From assembly GCA_002633005.1 (NCBI GenBank), contig NMRA01000145.1:533873-597872 (forward strand): a stretch of DNA of 64,000 nt, read 5' to 3'. The stretch's first letter is position 1. Every line of letters begins with the position of its first letter. This stretch comes from Phoronis australis (lineage: Eukaryota; Animalia; Phoronida). Below the pieces are notes generated by a model. It saw nothing but the letters and a program-made list of their open reading frames with translations. It was not told where the DNA came from and searched no databases. The translations under genes and the position numbers were made by a program. Shown here piece after piece: positions 13,519 through 26,658 of the stretch.

Positions 13519-14346
13519 TATGTACCTTAAAGTCGAATTATCTGTACGATCTGTCGAATAAAATCAGTGAAGATTCACCGATATTTTTATTCTGTCGTCT
13601 GTTAAATTTCGCCAAATGAAAAGTAGGTCACAACTGGTGGGACTCCTGGAGTAAAGTTGGTCATAGATTACAGACAACACATGCCCTATAGTCTCTGACT
13701 AGGTATACTCGATAGGACTGTTTACGCTTTTCTAATCTTGTAACGAAATATTTTGATAAAAGAATTCAGGTTCATAGCTCAGGTACACACTCATCTCGTC
13801 GTATAGGCAAACAGTTAGCTCCGGTAGGTCTAGGGCTGTGTCTAAGTCAAATTAATGCCTGGAATTCAGTTGCGGATCTAAGATATCACAGGGGGCCCCA
13901 ACATATGTTGCCTCGTGGAATTGAGAAGTGCGATTGTATGTGCACAGGCGGCCCGAAAGTTGAAGGGGACAGGGATGTAGACCTTTGGACCTTCTGTTCA
14001 CAAAATCTATCGGTGGACTAAAAGCAACCGGAAAACGATTCCGCCGCGATCTGGGGTCTGAACCCCCTCTTCAGCTACCGGTCCTAGTTACTGAACTCAA
14101 TATGTTCTCACGCTTCACGCTCTTTCTGTTTCATTTTGCTTGCGGCAGCCAAGGGGGGGGGGATGGGGCGCCTGCCCCCCTAAGTCCGCCTATGGAATTG
14201 TCCGTTTGCACCATTTAGACATTTAAATTAGGCGTACCTTCTCACAAACTTGGCATTTTTTGTAGTTTTATTCCATAAAGGTAGCTTTCATTTAATTTGA
14301 AGGTAGCATGATCACTAAGTCGTGGTATGGTTACAAAAGATTACAA

Positions 14347-17300
14347 CCCATACCAAAAGACCATGTTTGCCGCATGCTTGCGGCAAACATGCCGCAAGCT
14401 TGCTGCAAACAATTTTGTTTGCAGCAAACCAGCCGCAAAGTTTGCAGGAGTTTGCCGCTACCCGCAAATCAGCCGCACACATTGCCGCAACCTTGCTGCA
14501 AACACTGAAGTTTGCAGGAATGTTTCGGCAAACTTGGTGATTGAAAGACTAGTGTTTTCGGGAAAATTGCAGGAAACTTTGTTGTTGAAAAGTGTGAGCG
14601 GGAAAGTTGCAGGAAACTTCATTGGGAAAAAATGTTTGTGAGAAAGTTGCAGGAAACTTTATTTGTGAAAAAGTAATTGCGGGAAAGTAGCAGGAAACTT
14701 TATTGGTGAAAACGTTTTTGCGGGAAAGTTGCAGGAAACTTTATTGGTGAAAAGTGGTCTCCGGAATATGTGAAAAAGTGCTTGCACGAAATTTGCAGTA
14801 AACTTCAATGTTTAAAGTGTTAGCATTAGGATTGTGACATTGTTAGAAATTGTGAAATTGTTTTTCATTTTCTAAATTTCAAAGAAACCTCAAATCCCAG
14901 AACCTAAGCAGGGCAGTTACTTATTTTAGATAACTTATTACCTGAATGTGACCTACTGTTGGGTAAGTTACATTGTTAAAAACAGCAAATGCTCAAAGGT
15001 GACCAAATGCGACCTAAAACACTAAAGAATATAACTGCATCTGTATGTACTTTGTTTTTTATTCAGTCACTGTACTTTCATACTGCAGTCAAAGTCATTT
15101 CAGGAAAATATTACATGCAATTGCTTTAAAACAACAAAGACAGTGTTACCTGCATGTTGGGTAAACAAGCATAATAAATATCAACACAAACCATGCAGAA
15201 ATATATGATCCAGTTTTACCAAATGTGCAAGTATTAGCATTTAGAGCAATTTGTACTTTTCCAACATATGAAATAATCCCATAATTAGGTGGTAGCTGCC
15301 CCTGTAGCTACAGTAAAATATTGTCTATTTCGGACAAAAATTATTGCCAAAATTAGACATTTTGATTTTTCAAGGACATTTAGCATTGTTGTGAATTTTT
15401 CAAAATATTGCCTATCAGCAGCTATGGTGCGGACTTGGATATGACTCGGGATTCTTGTGGTACTACCACAATATTTATGAAAAGGTAAGAAATTTAATTT
15501 CACTAATGTCCTTATATTGTTGTTTTATGCTTCTAGGGTTATTGTTAATTTTAATCATACTAGCCCAGCTGCATGTTGAACTGCTAGGACTGTTTTCAAG
15601 GAATGCCTCTTGAAATACATTAATGTTTAATGCCTCTAGGGCTGTTGATTGTTTATTTAATTTATGCTAGCCCAGCCACGTGTTGATCTGGTGGGACTGT
15701 TATCAAGGAAAGCATGGTTGTCAAAGTTACATGCCTGGGAAGTAACCTATAAACTTTCATTTGAACCAAATTCAAACGGTTTTGGTACAGCCTAGACTCT
15801 ACATGGATAACTGAAGAACTGTATGGATGTGAGTTTTGAATTGAAAATTTTATTTATGTTGATGTTATTGTTAATTAAAATTCTTTAGTTATCATTCATG
15901 AATCAGTAGTTTTTGTCTTACAAACAAAAGGAAGTTGCTTTTCTTACTGATTCAGCCAACTAGAATTGGAGGTTATAATGGTTAGGGAAAAGCACAGCAC
16001 AGAATACAAATGAATTAACTGGGGTTGAGACGAGAATCAACTAGTTTCCAAAACGTTGTCAAGTTACATGTAACCAATCCTTCAAAATAATCACTTAATT
16101 GAGACTGTAAAACTTAAGTTTGTGTCAATTTTCACATCGCTCTCTGATTGTTTGATTTACTATAGGAACAACAAATTTTTATTTTGGTTAAATGCATGGT
16201 AACTATTGGGCACAAAATAAGATTAGCATATTGTATATTTAACTATTGGTAGGTGTTTTAACTGCCATCACCTTCAGTCATCATGCCAGTTCTCAGTCTG
16301 CAGTCAAACTATTGTTCAATTGTCTGTTCATACATGAGCAGAAGAGCAAAAGTTTGACTTAAAACGTAATTGAGATTCTAATAATACTATCACAAATGCC
16401 TTTTTGTGGAAGGTGAAATGGCATTCATATTTTAGGTTTATGAATATTGAGTGGCATAATGTACTTGGTGAAAGCCAGAGACACTACAGAGGTTATGAGG
16501 CAACAAGTTTGAGTTGAAAACACCGGAACAAATGGCGCACACAGCATCTCAAGGTTGGTTCGAACAAACATGAATGAAAACACTAGCGATCATCCCATAT
16601 GAGCCCTATGGTACACCACTGATTGTTGTAATGCAGTTTAGTCTGTAGTAGACTGTGTTTAGAACGTCCACTAGTATGGTTATAACTGGACTTATCCTCT
16701 GTAGTTGTTCTTCTCAACACCATGGTAATATTGTAGAATGGAAAGATATAATTTATGTTTGATGCCTTAGATAAATGAATGAAGTTAGTGGATGATATCG
16801 CTATAGACAAAATATTGCAAATTTCAACATAGGCCTACAAGTTAAATGATAGCCCATTCAGTAGAGTGATGTATCATGAAACCATATTGGGAAGCAAAAA
16901 TAGTAACCGATGAAGTATTAGACAGTTTTCAAGTATTTTAGATGAACATGGGGAAAAATAAAATTTTTGTTTATAATTGTTAAGAGTGATTTTTTTCAGT
17001 TGACAAGTAATGATCTAATTTAAAATAAAATGCTTAAATATGCTCGACATGCTGTTCTAAGCATGCCTTTCCACGGGGGAAAGTCAGATTTCATGGTTTT
17101 CTCCATTGCCTTTCGAAATATTTTGCGCCATTTTCATTGCTAATAAACACCCTGTTGGGTGCATTTCAATGCTCTGTGTTGCTGTTGTTTGTTTACTCAG
17201 GTAAATAATATCGTTGTTGCAATTATTATAGATTTTGTCGTGCGTTAAGAATAAAACATCTCGGTATATTTTAACTAAAGCTTCCATACATTCAAGTTGT

Positions 17301-17922
17301 TCTCTTAAAACACAATTTTGATTGTAATACAAGTATTATTACTAACTGCCACTGTAGACACTTTTATAGTTTCTTCTATTCATTGTCATGTGATTTTGTT
17401 CCATTTCTAGTCATTATACATCAGATTGAAAATTATCATGTTAAATCCAGTGTGCAGCTGATTGTGTATTTTCTTGCTTTAACAAGCGGGCATGCAATAA
17501 AAATTATGTATTTGTCAGCTGGCATTTCTGCATTAAATTATTTATGCCACAATTCAAGTATGTTGTAGTCTTGCAGCAATATTTTTTTCTGGTGGTTCGC
17601 AGAAACTTCTATATAACCCCAGGGAGATATTTGCGGCAAGCTTGCAGCAATGTGTGCGGCTGGGTTGCAAGAACTGTTCCATATAAGGACATAGAGATGT
17701 TTGCTGCAAGCTTGCGGCAAACTTCATTTGCATGGTAAAAGTTTGCTGCAAGTTTGCGGCAAGCATGCGGCAAGCTTGCGGCTGGGAAATTTGCATCCAC
17801 TCTTTGGTCAAAGTTGATTCTACGTGTTTGCGGCTGGTTTGCAGAAACTTTTGCAGCAAGCTTGCCGCAACTTTGCGGCAAGCTTGCGGCAAGTGTTTGC
17901 AGGAAGGCCTTTTTGGTATGGG
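14347..17922 (-). mobile_element. Non-autonomous EnSpm/CACTA-type DNA transposon, copy 2 (inverted relative to copy 1)
   Basis: AA|CCCATACCAAAA ... TTTTGGTATGGG|AA with 2-bp TSD AA. Interior is colinear with the reverse complement of 9828-13518, with scattered substitutions and indels. Confidence 0.85.
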
Positions 17923-19029
17923 AAGTCTGGTGTGGTAGTTGCAAAAATAGGTTATTAATAAAAATAACTCAAATTCTTTTTTAAAGCTTCATAAATCTAA
18001 ATCTCATGTTTGTAATTCAACAGTTTATTTTTATTGACAACAGCTCGACCAAGGCTTTGAGTTCCGGCAGTAAATCAGTGCCCTTCCGTGTGCCGATCGA
18101 ATATCTGAATTTTGACCGGGAGAGAAGTTCAGTTGAACGCCAGCTTACGGTTCATGAATAACAAAAATGTACCTCTGATACGAAACAAAATAATGTCCAT
18201 TAGGTTGAAATAAATTTAAAAAACCCATAAAATAGAAATGTCCTTGAAAACAACAATTTCCGGGGACTACCGCTAGAGTGTTGAGATCCAGCAGGTGCCG
18301 AGACAAAGGCGACCAGACGTTGGAAACTCGGGAGCCCTGCACCATAGCCACCGCGCTGAAAAACGCGTATCTCGGAACTAATATATTAGTGTTTAATATA
18401 GCCTCCGAGTTATCAAGCAAGATCGCTAAGTTCAGCTGCTCGTGTGGCCGTACAGCTTGATCCATAGTTTACGCTTTTCAACAGATTTTTCGGCTTAGGA
18501 CATGCCAAAAATGACGGGATATTATTCTGGAGCACCATAATGGCTCTCGGTGCTACATACGCCATATCAACACCGTTTCCCCATTCTTAGCGGACAATTT
18601 CTTGAGCTATAGACCAAAGTAAGTTTTACTCGACTACCTTTGGTTTGTCGGGTATAATGGCGGCTTGGAAACTCAGATGAAGGTGTGCCAAGAATGATGC
18701 GTTCTGATTGGTCAATTAAGCCGTCCGTCATAATGCTGGTGATAGGTCAATTCAAAGTCCGCCCCTCGAGATAGGGCTTGCTTAGCTGTAATTTAGAAAT
18801 GCGGTCATGGTAGTGTTTTCACCTCCTGACTGCGAAGCGATCGAGTGTTAGCAGTGGTATCTTCATCAGCTTGTGCTCTCCCAATGGTAGGTCACCGGTT
18901 TATCTAGGCTATGACCATCGCCTCTGCTGGCCCAGCCAGTTGAGGCGATGAAGCTTCTATAGGGGTTCCATACGCCGGAAGCTTTTCGGCGAATTATCCC
19001 TCGCACTGTCACGTTGTTCATAAATGCCT

Positions 19030-19195
19030 TTTGCGCATACAGGGACCCCTTAGGAAGTTGTCGATGTTTAACTCCTTCCAACTCGAATAAATACTCCCGT
19101 TATTAAACCTTTTGCGCATAGAGGAACACCTTAGGAGGTTGTCGATGTGTTTAAGTCCTTCCAACTCCAACAAATACTCCCGTTACAAAACTTTT
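19030..19195. repeat. Two-copy ~82-bp direct repeat
   Basis: TTTGCGCATA...CCTTAGGA(A/G)GTTGTCGATG...CCTTCCAACTC...AAATACTCCCGTTA occurs twice in tandem. Confidence 0.7.
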
Positions 19196-19615
19196 TCTTC
19201 GATCAGTCCCTATTTCAGTTCCCAAAATCGTGAACTCACTATTTTTACGCTGCGCACGCTCCAATTTTTACAGCGATCGCAAGGTGATATGACGTCATGA
19301 CCTCAATTTTTTAAATAGGCCAAAGGTGAGAAACTGCGGTCTTGTCAGCCAAATGTTTGTTTCCAAAATGCCACGGCAATGTCATAGGCCGCCACTACAC
19401 TTCTTTAATTGGCGTTACTTGAAACTGATTGTATTTAATGAATTAGTGTTTGTATTTGATAAAAATAAATGCTGTTGATATGACATTTAATTGTCTTTGT
19501 GCACATATTTGACATTTTGATGTTTAAAAGTTTTTTAAGTTAGGGTTCGGATGATTCGTTTTTTGAAGTTCTTTTGCAACAGGTAACGGACAAGTTTCTA
19601 GGTTTATCCACTTTG

Positions 19616-22600
19616 TTACTCTGCGCATGCAAGCGCAGAGTACTGCTGTTCCTTGGTTTTCTTCAATTTTATTCTTCTTATCTTATTCTTACTCTTATGT
19701 TTCTTATTCTTATTCTTCTTATTCTTCTTCCGACCAACTTTGAGGCTTAATAACTCCAAATTGAGTGCAGGTAAGGTCTTTAAATTCAGCATATGACTTT
19801 TGACAGTAAATAGATTTTGATTGGTTATATAATCATATTCCATATTGCACCGGAAGAGGTCGTTTGGTGCAAAGGTCATATAATTTTCAAAATGCTGCTC
19901 CTCCACCAGTTTTAAAGCTATCTTTTTCAAATTCGGTGCACAGGTATATGTCAACATGACAATTTAAAACTTACTTTTTTAAGTAATTGGGTCATCCAAT
20001 CAGGTGAAATAGGTCAAAGGTCATTAGGTGCAACCAAAAGTTTTGAGCTAGACACTTCAAATTCACAGGTCTGATAGCCACAGGTAAATCAAATCGGAAT
20101 CCAAAGTTTCAGGTCATTTAGTGCAAACATGGGGTCATTAGGTGCACTTTTCTTCTGAAAATTTCACCTTTTGAATCAGCAAGTATTCTGATGTGTCAAC
20201 CGTTAGACAACTGTGATTCTCAGCGTTAAATACATTTTCCATGGGCTTTGCAATAGTTCTCCTAAAGATGCTTAAAATGCACCGGATAAGGTCAATTAGT
20301 GCAAAGGTCATGTAACGTTAAAAATGTTATATCTCTTACGTTTTTCAAGGAATTCTTTTCAATTTCAGCACACTGGTGTAAGTCAACATGCCAATTAAAT
20401 ACCCTACATTACTTCGAAATAGGTTTAACCAATCAGAAAAATAGGTCAAAGGTCATCGAGTGCAAACTAAAATTTTGAGCTAGAGACTTCAGAATTACGT
20501 ATCTGTTTACTAAGTGCGATTGAGTTTGAATTCTAAATTTTCAGGTCATTTGGTGCACCCGTGGGGTCATTAGGTACATTTTTCTTCTGAAAGTTTGACT
20601 AATTCATTCATCTTGTATTCTGAAGTGCTTGAAGTAAAACATCTGTGATTTTTAGCATTAATCACACTTTTAATCGAGTTAACAATTACTCCTTTATAGG
20701 GGCTCATAATGCACCGGAAGAGGTAAATTAGTGGAAAGGTAATCAAAAAATTAATATGTAATTTCTCCTACACTTTTAAAGGGTTCCTTTTAATATTGGT
20801 AAAGGGTTGCTGTCAGTAACTTCCCATAACAATTCTAATAATACGCACGCGCAGAGTCGTTATTGTCACGCCGTGAAAATAATCTTTCTAGTTCTTCTTA
20901 TTCTTATTCTTATTCTTCTTCCGAACAACTTTGACGCTTAATAACTCCAAAATGGTTGCAGGTATGTTCTTCAAATTTAACATATGATGTTAGGCATTAT
21001 ATAAATTTTGATTCATTATACATTCATTTTCCATAATGCACCGAAAGAGCTCATTTGGTGCAAAGATCATGTAATTTTCACAATACTACTCCTTCTTTAT
21101 TTCAAAAGCTATTCTTTTCAAATTCGGTACACTGGTAAAAGCCAATAAGGCAATTTAAAACATTACTTTTCTAAGTAATCGGGTCATCCAATCAGGTGAA
21201 ATAGGTCAAAGGTCATCAGTTAAATACTAAAAGTTTGAGCTAGACACTTCAAATTCACAAGTCTGATTGCCACATGTAAATCAAATCGGAATCCAAGTTT
21301 GAGGTCATTTAGTGCAAATATGGGGTCATTAGGTGCATTTTTCTTCTGAAAATGTGACCTTTTCATTCTCCATGTACACTGATGTGTCAACCGTTAGACA
21401 ATTGTCATTTTCAGCATTAAACACATTTTTCATGGGCTTTGCAATAATTCTCCTAAAGACGCTTATAATGCACCGGATACGGTCAATTAGTGCAAAGGTC
21501 ATCTAACGTTCAAAATGTATATCTCTTACGTTTTTCAAGGAATTCTTTTCAATTTCAGCACACTAGTGTATGTCAACATGCCAATTGCATAACCTACTTA
21601 ACTACGCAATAGCCTGACCAATCAGAAAAAAGAGGCCAAAGGTAATTGAGTGCAAAATTAAAATTTTGAGCAAGAGACTTCAAAATTACATATCTTTTAC
21701 TAAATGCGATTGAGTTTGAATTCTAACTTTTTGGGCCATTTGATGCACCCATGGGGTCATTAGGTGCATTGTTCTTCTGAAACTTTGACCAATTCATTCA
21801 TGTTGTATTCTTAAGTGCTTTAAGCAAAACATCTGTGATTCTTAGCGTTAACCACAATATAAATTGGTTTTTACAATTATTCCGACATCGGGTTTTATAA
21901 TGCACCGGAAGAGGTCAGTTAGTGGAAAGGTCATCAAAACATTTACATGTAATTACTCCTACAATTTTAAAGAATTTCTTTTCATATTGGTAAACGGGTT
22001 GCTGTCAGTAACTTCCCATAACAATTCCTTTAATACGCACACGCAGAGTCCATTATTGTCACGCCGTGACAATAATCTTTCTAGTTCTTCTTATTCTTAT
22101 TCTTATTCTTCATCAGACCAACTTTGAGGCTTAATAACTCCAAATTGGGTGCAGGTACGGTCCTTAAATTCAGCATATGACTTTTGACAGTATACAAATT
22201 TTGATTCGTTAAAAAATCATATTCCATATTGCACCGGGAGAGGTCGTTTGGTGCAAAGGTCATATAATTTTCAAAATGCTACTCCTCCTTCAGTTTTAAA
22301 GCTATCTTTTTCAAATTCGGTGCACAGGTATAAGTCAACATGACAATTTTAAAAAATACTTTTCTAAGTAATTGGGTCATCCAATCAGGTGAAATAGGTC
22401 AAAGGTCATTAGGTGCAAACTAAAATTTTGAGCTAGATACTTCAAATTCACAGGTCTGATTGGCACAGGTAATTCAATTCGGAATCCAAAGTTTCAGGTC
22501 ATTTAGTGCAAACATGGGGTCATGTTGTATTGTTAAGTGCTTAAAGTAAAACATCTGTGATTCTTAGCATTAACCACACTTTAAATTGGTTTTACAATTA

Positions 22601-22807
22601 TTCCCTCGTCGGGGTTCATAATGCACCGGAAGAGGTCAGTTAGTGGAAAGGTCATCAAAATATTATCATGTAACTTCTCCTACAATTTTAAAGAATTCCT
22701 TTTCATATTGGTAAACGGGTTGCTGTCAGTAACTTCCCCTAACAATTCCTTTAATACGCACGCTCAGAGTCCATTATTGTCACGCCATGACAATAATCTT
22801 TCAAGTT
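19616..22807 (+). mobile_element. Head-to-tail array of three Helentron-associated (HINE/DINE-1-like) rolling-circle elements
   Basis: 5' hairpin ACTCTGCGC-atgcaa-GCGCAGAGT, then (TTCTTA)n microsatellite and core, 3' subTIR-like GCAGAGT, stem-loop ATTATTGTCACG-C-CGTGACAATAAT and CTTTCTAGTT. Units end at about 20891, 22084 and 22807; the third has an internal deletion. Confidence 0.75.
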
Positions 22808-23000
22808 CTAATGTATTATTACTAAACGTGTCTGTTCAGTTTCAGTTTCGCTCAAAACATGATCTCTCTGCCAGTTGATAAATTTAAGTATGATCTCGTA
22901 CGAAATCAACTGAACCATTTCATTGAGTGGTCTTTAAATACAAAGCCGGTCACGGTTTTTGCAGACCAACGATAACACGGTGATACTGACTTACAAATTT

Positions 23001-23003
<3 letters not shown>

Positions 23004-23040
<37 letters not shown>
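23004..23040. repeat. (TA)n microsatellite
   Basis: Pure TA run of about 18 units. Confidence 0.95.
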
Positions 23041-23041
<1 letters not shown>

Positions 23042-23067
23042 GATAAAGCAATTCACTAAAGTATTAA

Positions 23068-24033
23068 ACAGTACACACCATGGATTTTTGCACATTTTGA
23101 ATTACCGGTGGCCACAGACTAAATGTATGACGTAAAATTTTGCTAAACCCATGTTTATTTCATGTAATTAACTCGAAATTTTGATTTTTCTTTCAATTTT
23201 GCCAATTTTCACATTTCCCGTCATGTGACGTCATGGGTTGAGCACTAGAGATCAGTGACTAGCATTGAACAATGGCGGAAAGCAGGGAATTTGAAAGCGA
23301 CGACGATTATGAGCAAGAATTGAACGAATACTATGAAGAAACGTACGGGAATGGTGGCCAGGATGAGGAAATGGGGTAGCACGAAAGCGAGAATAAGTTT
23401 AATGTGCTTCCGGCAACGTACTTTTCTACTTTGAGCCTTACGAACTGGATCCTCCCGCGAGAGAAGCGGCCTCGGGCTCGGCGAGTCAACCCAGTCATCC
23501 AACAGGCGATCCTGAATTAAGAGCTGATGTTTCTGAGTGATAAATATTGTCCTTTATTGAACCAGGCCTTCATCGTAACGTCTCCTGTGACTGGAGTCGA
23601 AGCACGAGTCCTCAAAGTGGGCAGAACACAAAGTGGCCCCGGACCGAATCGCTTGGTTCACGATGACGTCCCACACTCTCGTTCGGCGCACGAAGCGATG
23701 CCACTTCTGCGCAACTTTGGTGTCCTTCGGAACACTGAGACGTTCTCCCCCTGGCTGCTGTTGCTGCAGCCTCCGGAAACACAACATTTTTTGATCCCTC
23801 TACGATCCTTCTCCACGCTAAATGTACTTTGCTTTCTCTTCACTCTATACACTTGGTCTCTGATCCAAACAGTATGGCGAACGACTTGGGTTCAACCCAT
23901 GACGTTGTACATAATTATTATTTTTTTCAATTTTTGCGTGTTTCTTTATGAGCTGTGCACTAAAGGCACTGAAATCTAGTAAGATATAATAATAAAATTT
24001 ATTTTGAGGTACTAGAGTCATGTTGTGTACACT
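23068..24033. mobile_element. Kolobok-type deletion derivative carrying a frameshifted THAP domain (minus strand, about 23560-23795)
   Basis: TTAA|ACAGTACACACCATG ... CATGTTGTGTACACT|TTAA imperfect TIR. Minus-strand peptides KKCCVSGGCSNS, PKDTKVAQKWHRFVRR and LCSAHFEDSCF give the THAP C2CH signature across two frames. Confidence 0.75.
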
Positions 24034-24099
24034 TTAACATAGACGGTGAGAGACGTTGCATGAATTGCATCAAACCTTTTAAAAAGCCAAAAGACCTCC

Positions 24100-25277
24100 T
24101 AAGGACATGGACATTGAAATACGGAGGCGTAACCGCAGACGGCGTTGCGCGAAACTTAGGTATATTTGCTTCCCCCCGCTACAGACAAAAAGTGGGTTTG
24201 TGAGAAAGCATTGTGTTATCCTTGTTTTTCTTGTCTCGCTCAAATAAAGCTTAAAGAGCAGAAAGAGATTTTCACATTCATACGTCGGAACAAAACGTAT
24301 CTCTTTGAAAAGGCAAAAGACGATAAAAAGGAAGAAAGAAAAAGAAAACAGCAATCGGGCGATGATCTAGCGGCAAGAAAAAAAAGAAAGGTACTTATAT
24401 GCAAACTTTTGTTTTCTGTAAGCTTCATCACAAGCCAGTTTCGTGTTAAATTACAGGCCACTGCATGAGTTCTTGTTGTGGTATTTGGCCTGCCTCAAAT
24501 TAGAATGAGATCGTGAGACTGTGTTTAGGTGAATAAACGCAATGCGCTATACTGTTATTGAAATGAGTCCCAGATGCCTGTGAATGGCAAAATGACAACC
24601 AAGCTGTTTTGCTATTTGTGAATGGCGTTCGCGACAGAAATATATAAGGTAAACATCATGCACGCACCCAGGGGGGCTCGCGGGACTCGAAGGAGACCCT
24701 CCATTTGGCGAAGTGGGCAAAAAAGTCCGTGAAAAACGTGAAAAAGTCCCCTAAATAGGCGCAAACACACAATTCAGAGCTCTGAACATGGTACCCTGTC
24801 TATTTAGTCCTCCCGATTTTTGTTAGTAAAAGGTCCGCATCGTCAAAAAGTCGAGCCCTCATTTAAAAGGCTGGGTGCACATATCAACATTGACCTCAAA
24901 ATTCAAATGTCCTGTCCAAATTCGTAACTTATCTTCCAGTGTCTTGTGCGCAGTGCCACTTGCATATTCTACATACCTTCTTGTAATTTCAAATAAAGCA
25001 CGAAGTAAAGGCCTTGCGAAAAGAAGCAACTCTTGCAAATGAACACCTTGCGCCTGAATCAATGACCAACTTCACTTGGGAACAGTTGCTGCGACCCCCC
25101 CCCCCATTGTTACAAATATTCAGGACTGTGTCATCTAGAAAACTTGAATCTTGGCCACTGGTAACACCCCTGTACTCCTTATGCTGCCTTCTGTACAATC
25201 GGGAAAATCGTCGATCATTTAAGTTTTTGTCTGTATGGATCAGCCTACAACTGTGCATGCGCGGGCACAGCAATGTG
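24100..25277 (+). pseudogene. Degenerate spliced gene relic, probably transposon-related (DUF6589-like N-terminal region, tentative)
   Basis: Two coding-like blocks end at GT donors (AAG|GTACTT at 24390, GTG|GTGAG at 25277). They read ...ALCYPCFSCL...KKRK and NFTWEQL...LLYNRENRR...ISLQLCMRGH, with stops in between. Family resemblance is from memory only. Confidence 0.35.
24657..24883. mobile_element. MITE (CATGCACGCACCCAG family); shorter relative at 47211-47276
   Basis: CATGCACGCACCCAG ... CTGGGTGCACAT inverted ends. At 47211: CATGCGCATACCCAG ... CTGGGTGCGCGCATG. Confidence 0.6.
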
Positions 25278-26119
25278 GTGAGTAAACAGAAATTCTCCAG
25301 CGTGATATGGTTTTCAATTTATTCTGTAGAATTACCAAACGAATGTTTTTCGTATACATGACAAGCTTCTTTGAAAACTTCTATTAGTCCTAATGAATAT
25401 ACCGGCGGACTCCTCACTATTCTTGTCCCCTTGGGAAAAAGGACGCACACTCTTTCAAGACAAAGATATCCCTTCTTGAGATAGATCGCTCAATAAGGAA
25501 ATCTTAGATGTGAAAAAAAAACATTCCCACGTCAACATTTATTTCAAAATTATGGCGAGACAAAGCCAATGTCGTTAACTTTGATATCTTTTCGCCGCCA
25601 TTTTCGCCTCGCGTTGAAAACGGCCAAACCCTCCGATTGTTAAAAAATCGCTCCAACTTAGCAAACGATGATCACGTACCCGTTATTTAGTAGTAAAGTG
25701 CCTGCGAAGACTCAGTGGCATATTGAGTCCTCACTGTTTTAGGAAACAAACGCAGAACCACTAATAGATAAGGGTTAACGCTAAATCCGTGGCCCTTTTG
25801 TATAGTCCCTAATATTAAAAATTGGCCTTTTTCATTTTCCAAAACACTCACTGTCGAACACATCATAATCCACGATACTATTCAAACCATGCTTCCGGTA
25901 GACATAAAATTCATGGAAGCTACTTAGATCACACGAGTATTAGCGAGGCATCGGTTTACATAAGATACGAGACCAAAGTGACTTTACACGCGTTCACTAC
26001 TTCTGTGAAAAACTTGATTTAGTATTTGACGGTCACTGATAGTGTTTCCAATTCAGTAAATCAGCTACTTATTAGCATCCCTGTTTCATGCCTCACAAAC
26101 TGTACACATTGGCGCATTT

Positions 26120-26473
26120 CAATGGCGGATTTGGGGGGGGGGGGGCAAGGGGGCCGTGGCCCCACCTAAAATTCTACCAGATACCATTTGGGAGTTCGGG
26201 TGAGCGCAAGCAGGGGCTCGTCGGGGGTGAATAAACAACGCATAGGCCCTGAACAAACTGAACAAACCCCGTTTACCGTTTTTTTTTAGTCAACAGGTTC
26301 GCATTCGAGGCCTCTGCGTCCCCACAATTTAGCCTGGGTGAGCGCATTTGCCGAAATTCTGGTTATTCCCGTGTCCTCCACCCCCCCCTAACTCAACCCC
26401 TGCATTTGGGGTTACGTTAGTGCAACCGCGATTTTCTAAAGACGGTATGTCAACGTCCTTTAATCTGCCCTTG
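26120..26473. mobile_element. MITE of the CAGGGGCGGAT-type family; relatives at about 1-270 (right end only) and 13867-14194
   Basis: CAATGGCGGATTT ... TAATCTGCCCTTG ends with poly-G/poly-C tracts. AGATCCGCCCCTG at 259-271 and CAGTTGCGGATCT at 13867. Confidence 0.5.
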
Positions 26474-26658
26474 CATAAATAAGCTGTTCTTATGTACTGA
26501 ACGGAGATCGTTCTTAATTAACGGATAACAAAACCGGTACTATCACGCCGAAATTTGTCTAGTCTTCTGCAAAATTAATTGTTCTTTTATGGGCTGCACA
26601 GCACTGAAAAAGTGGGAGCTATAGCCCCCCCCACCCCCCAGCGCGGCCCACGCCTTAA

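Noticed and set aside
9828-17922. A single giant foldback element or an inverted-duplication assembly error
   Set aside because: Each half has its own pair of TIRs and its own TSD (TA versus AA), and the halves have diverged.
19616-19957. Lys/Asn-rich ORF, with similar ORFs at 21864-22263 and 22621-22878
   Set aside because: Read-through of the HINE core and (TTCTTA)n microsatellite, not conserved as an ORF between units.
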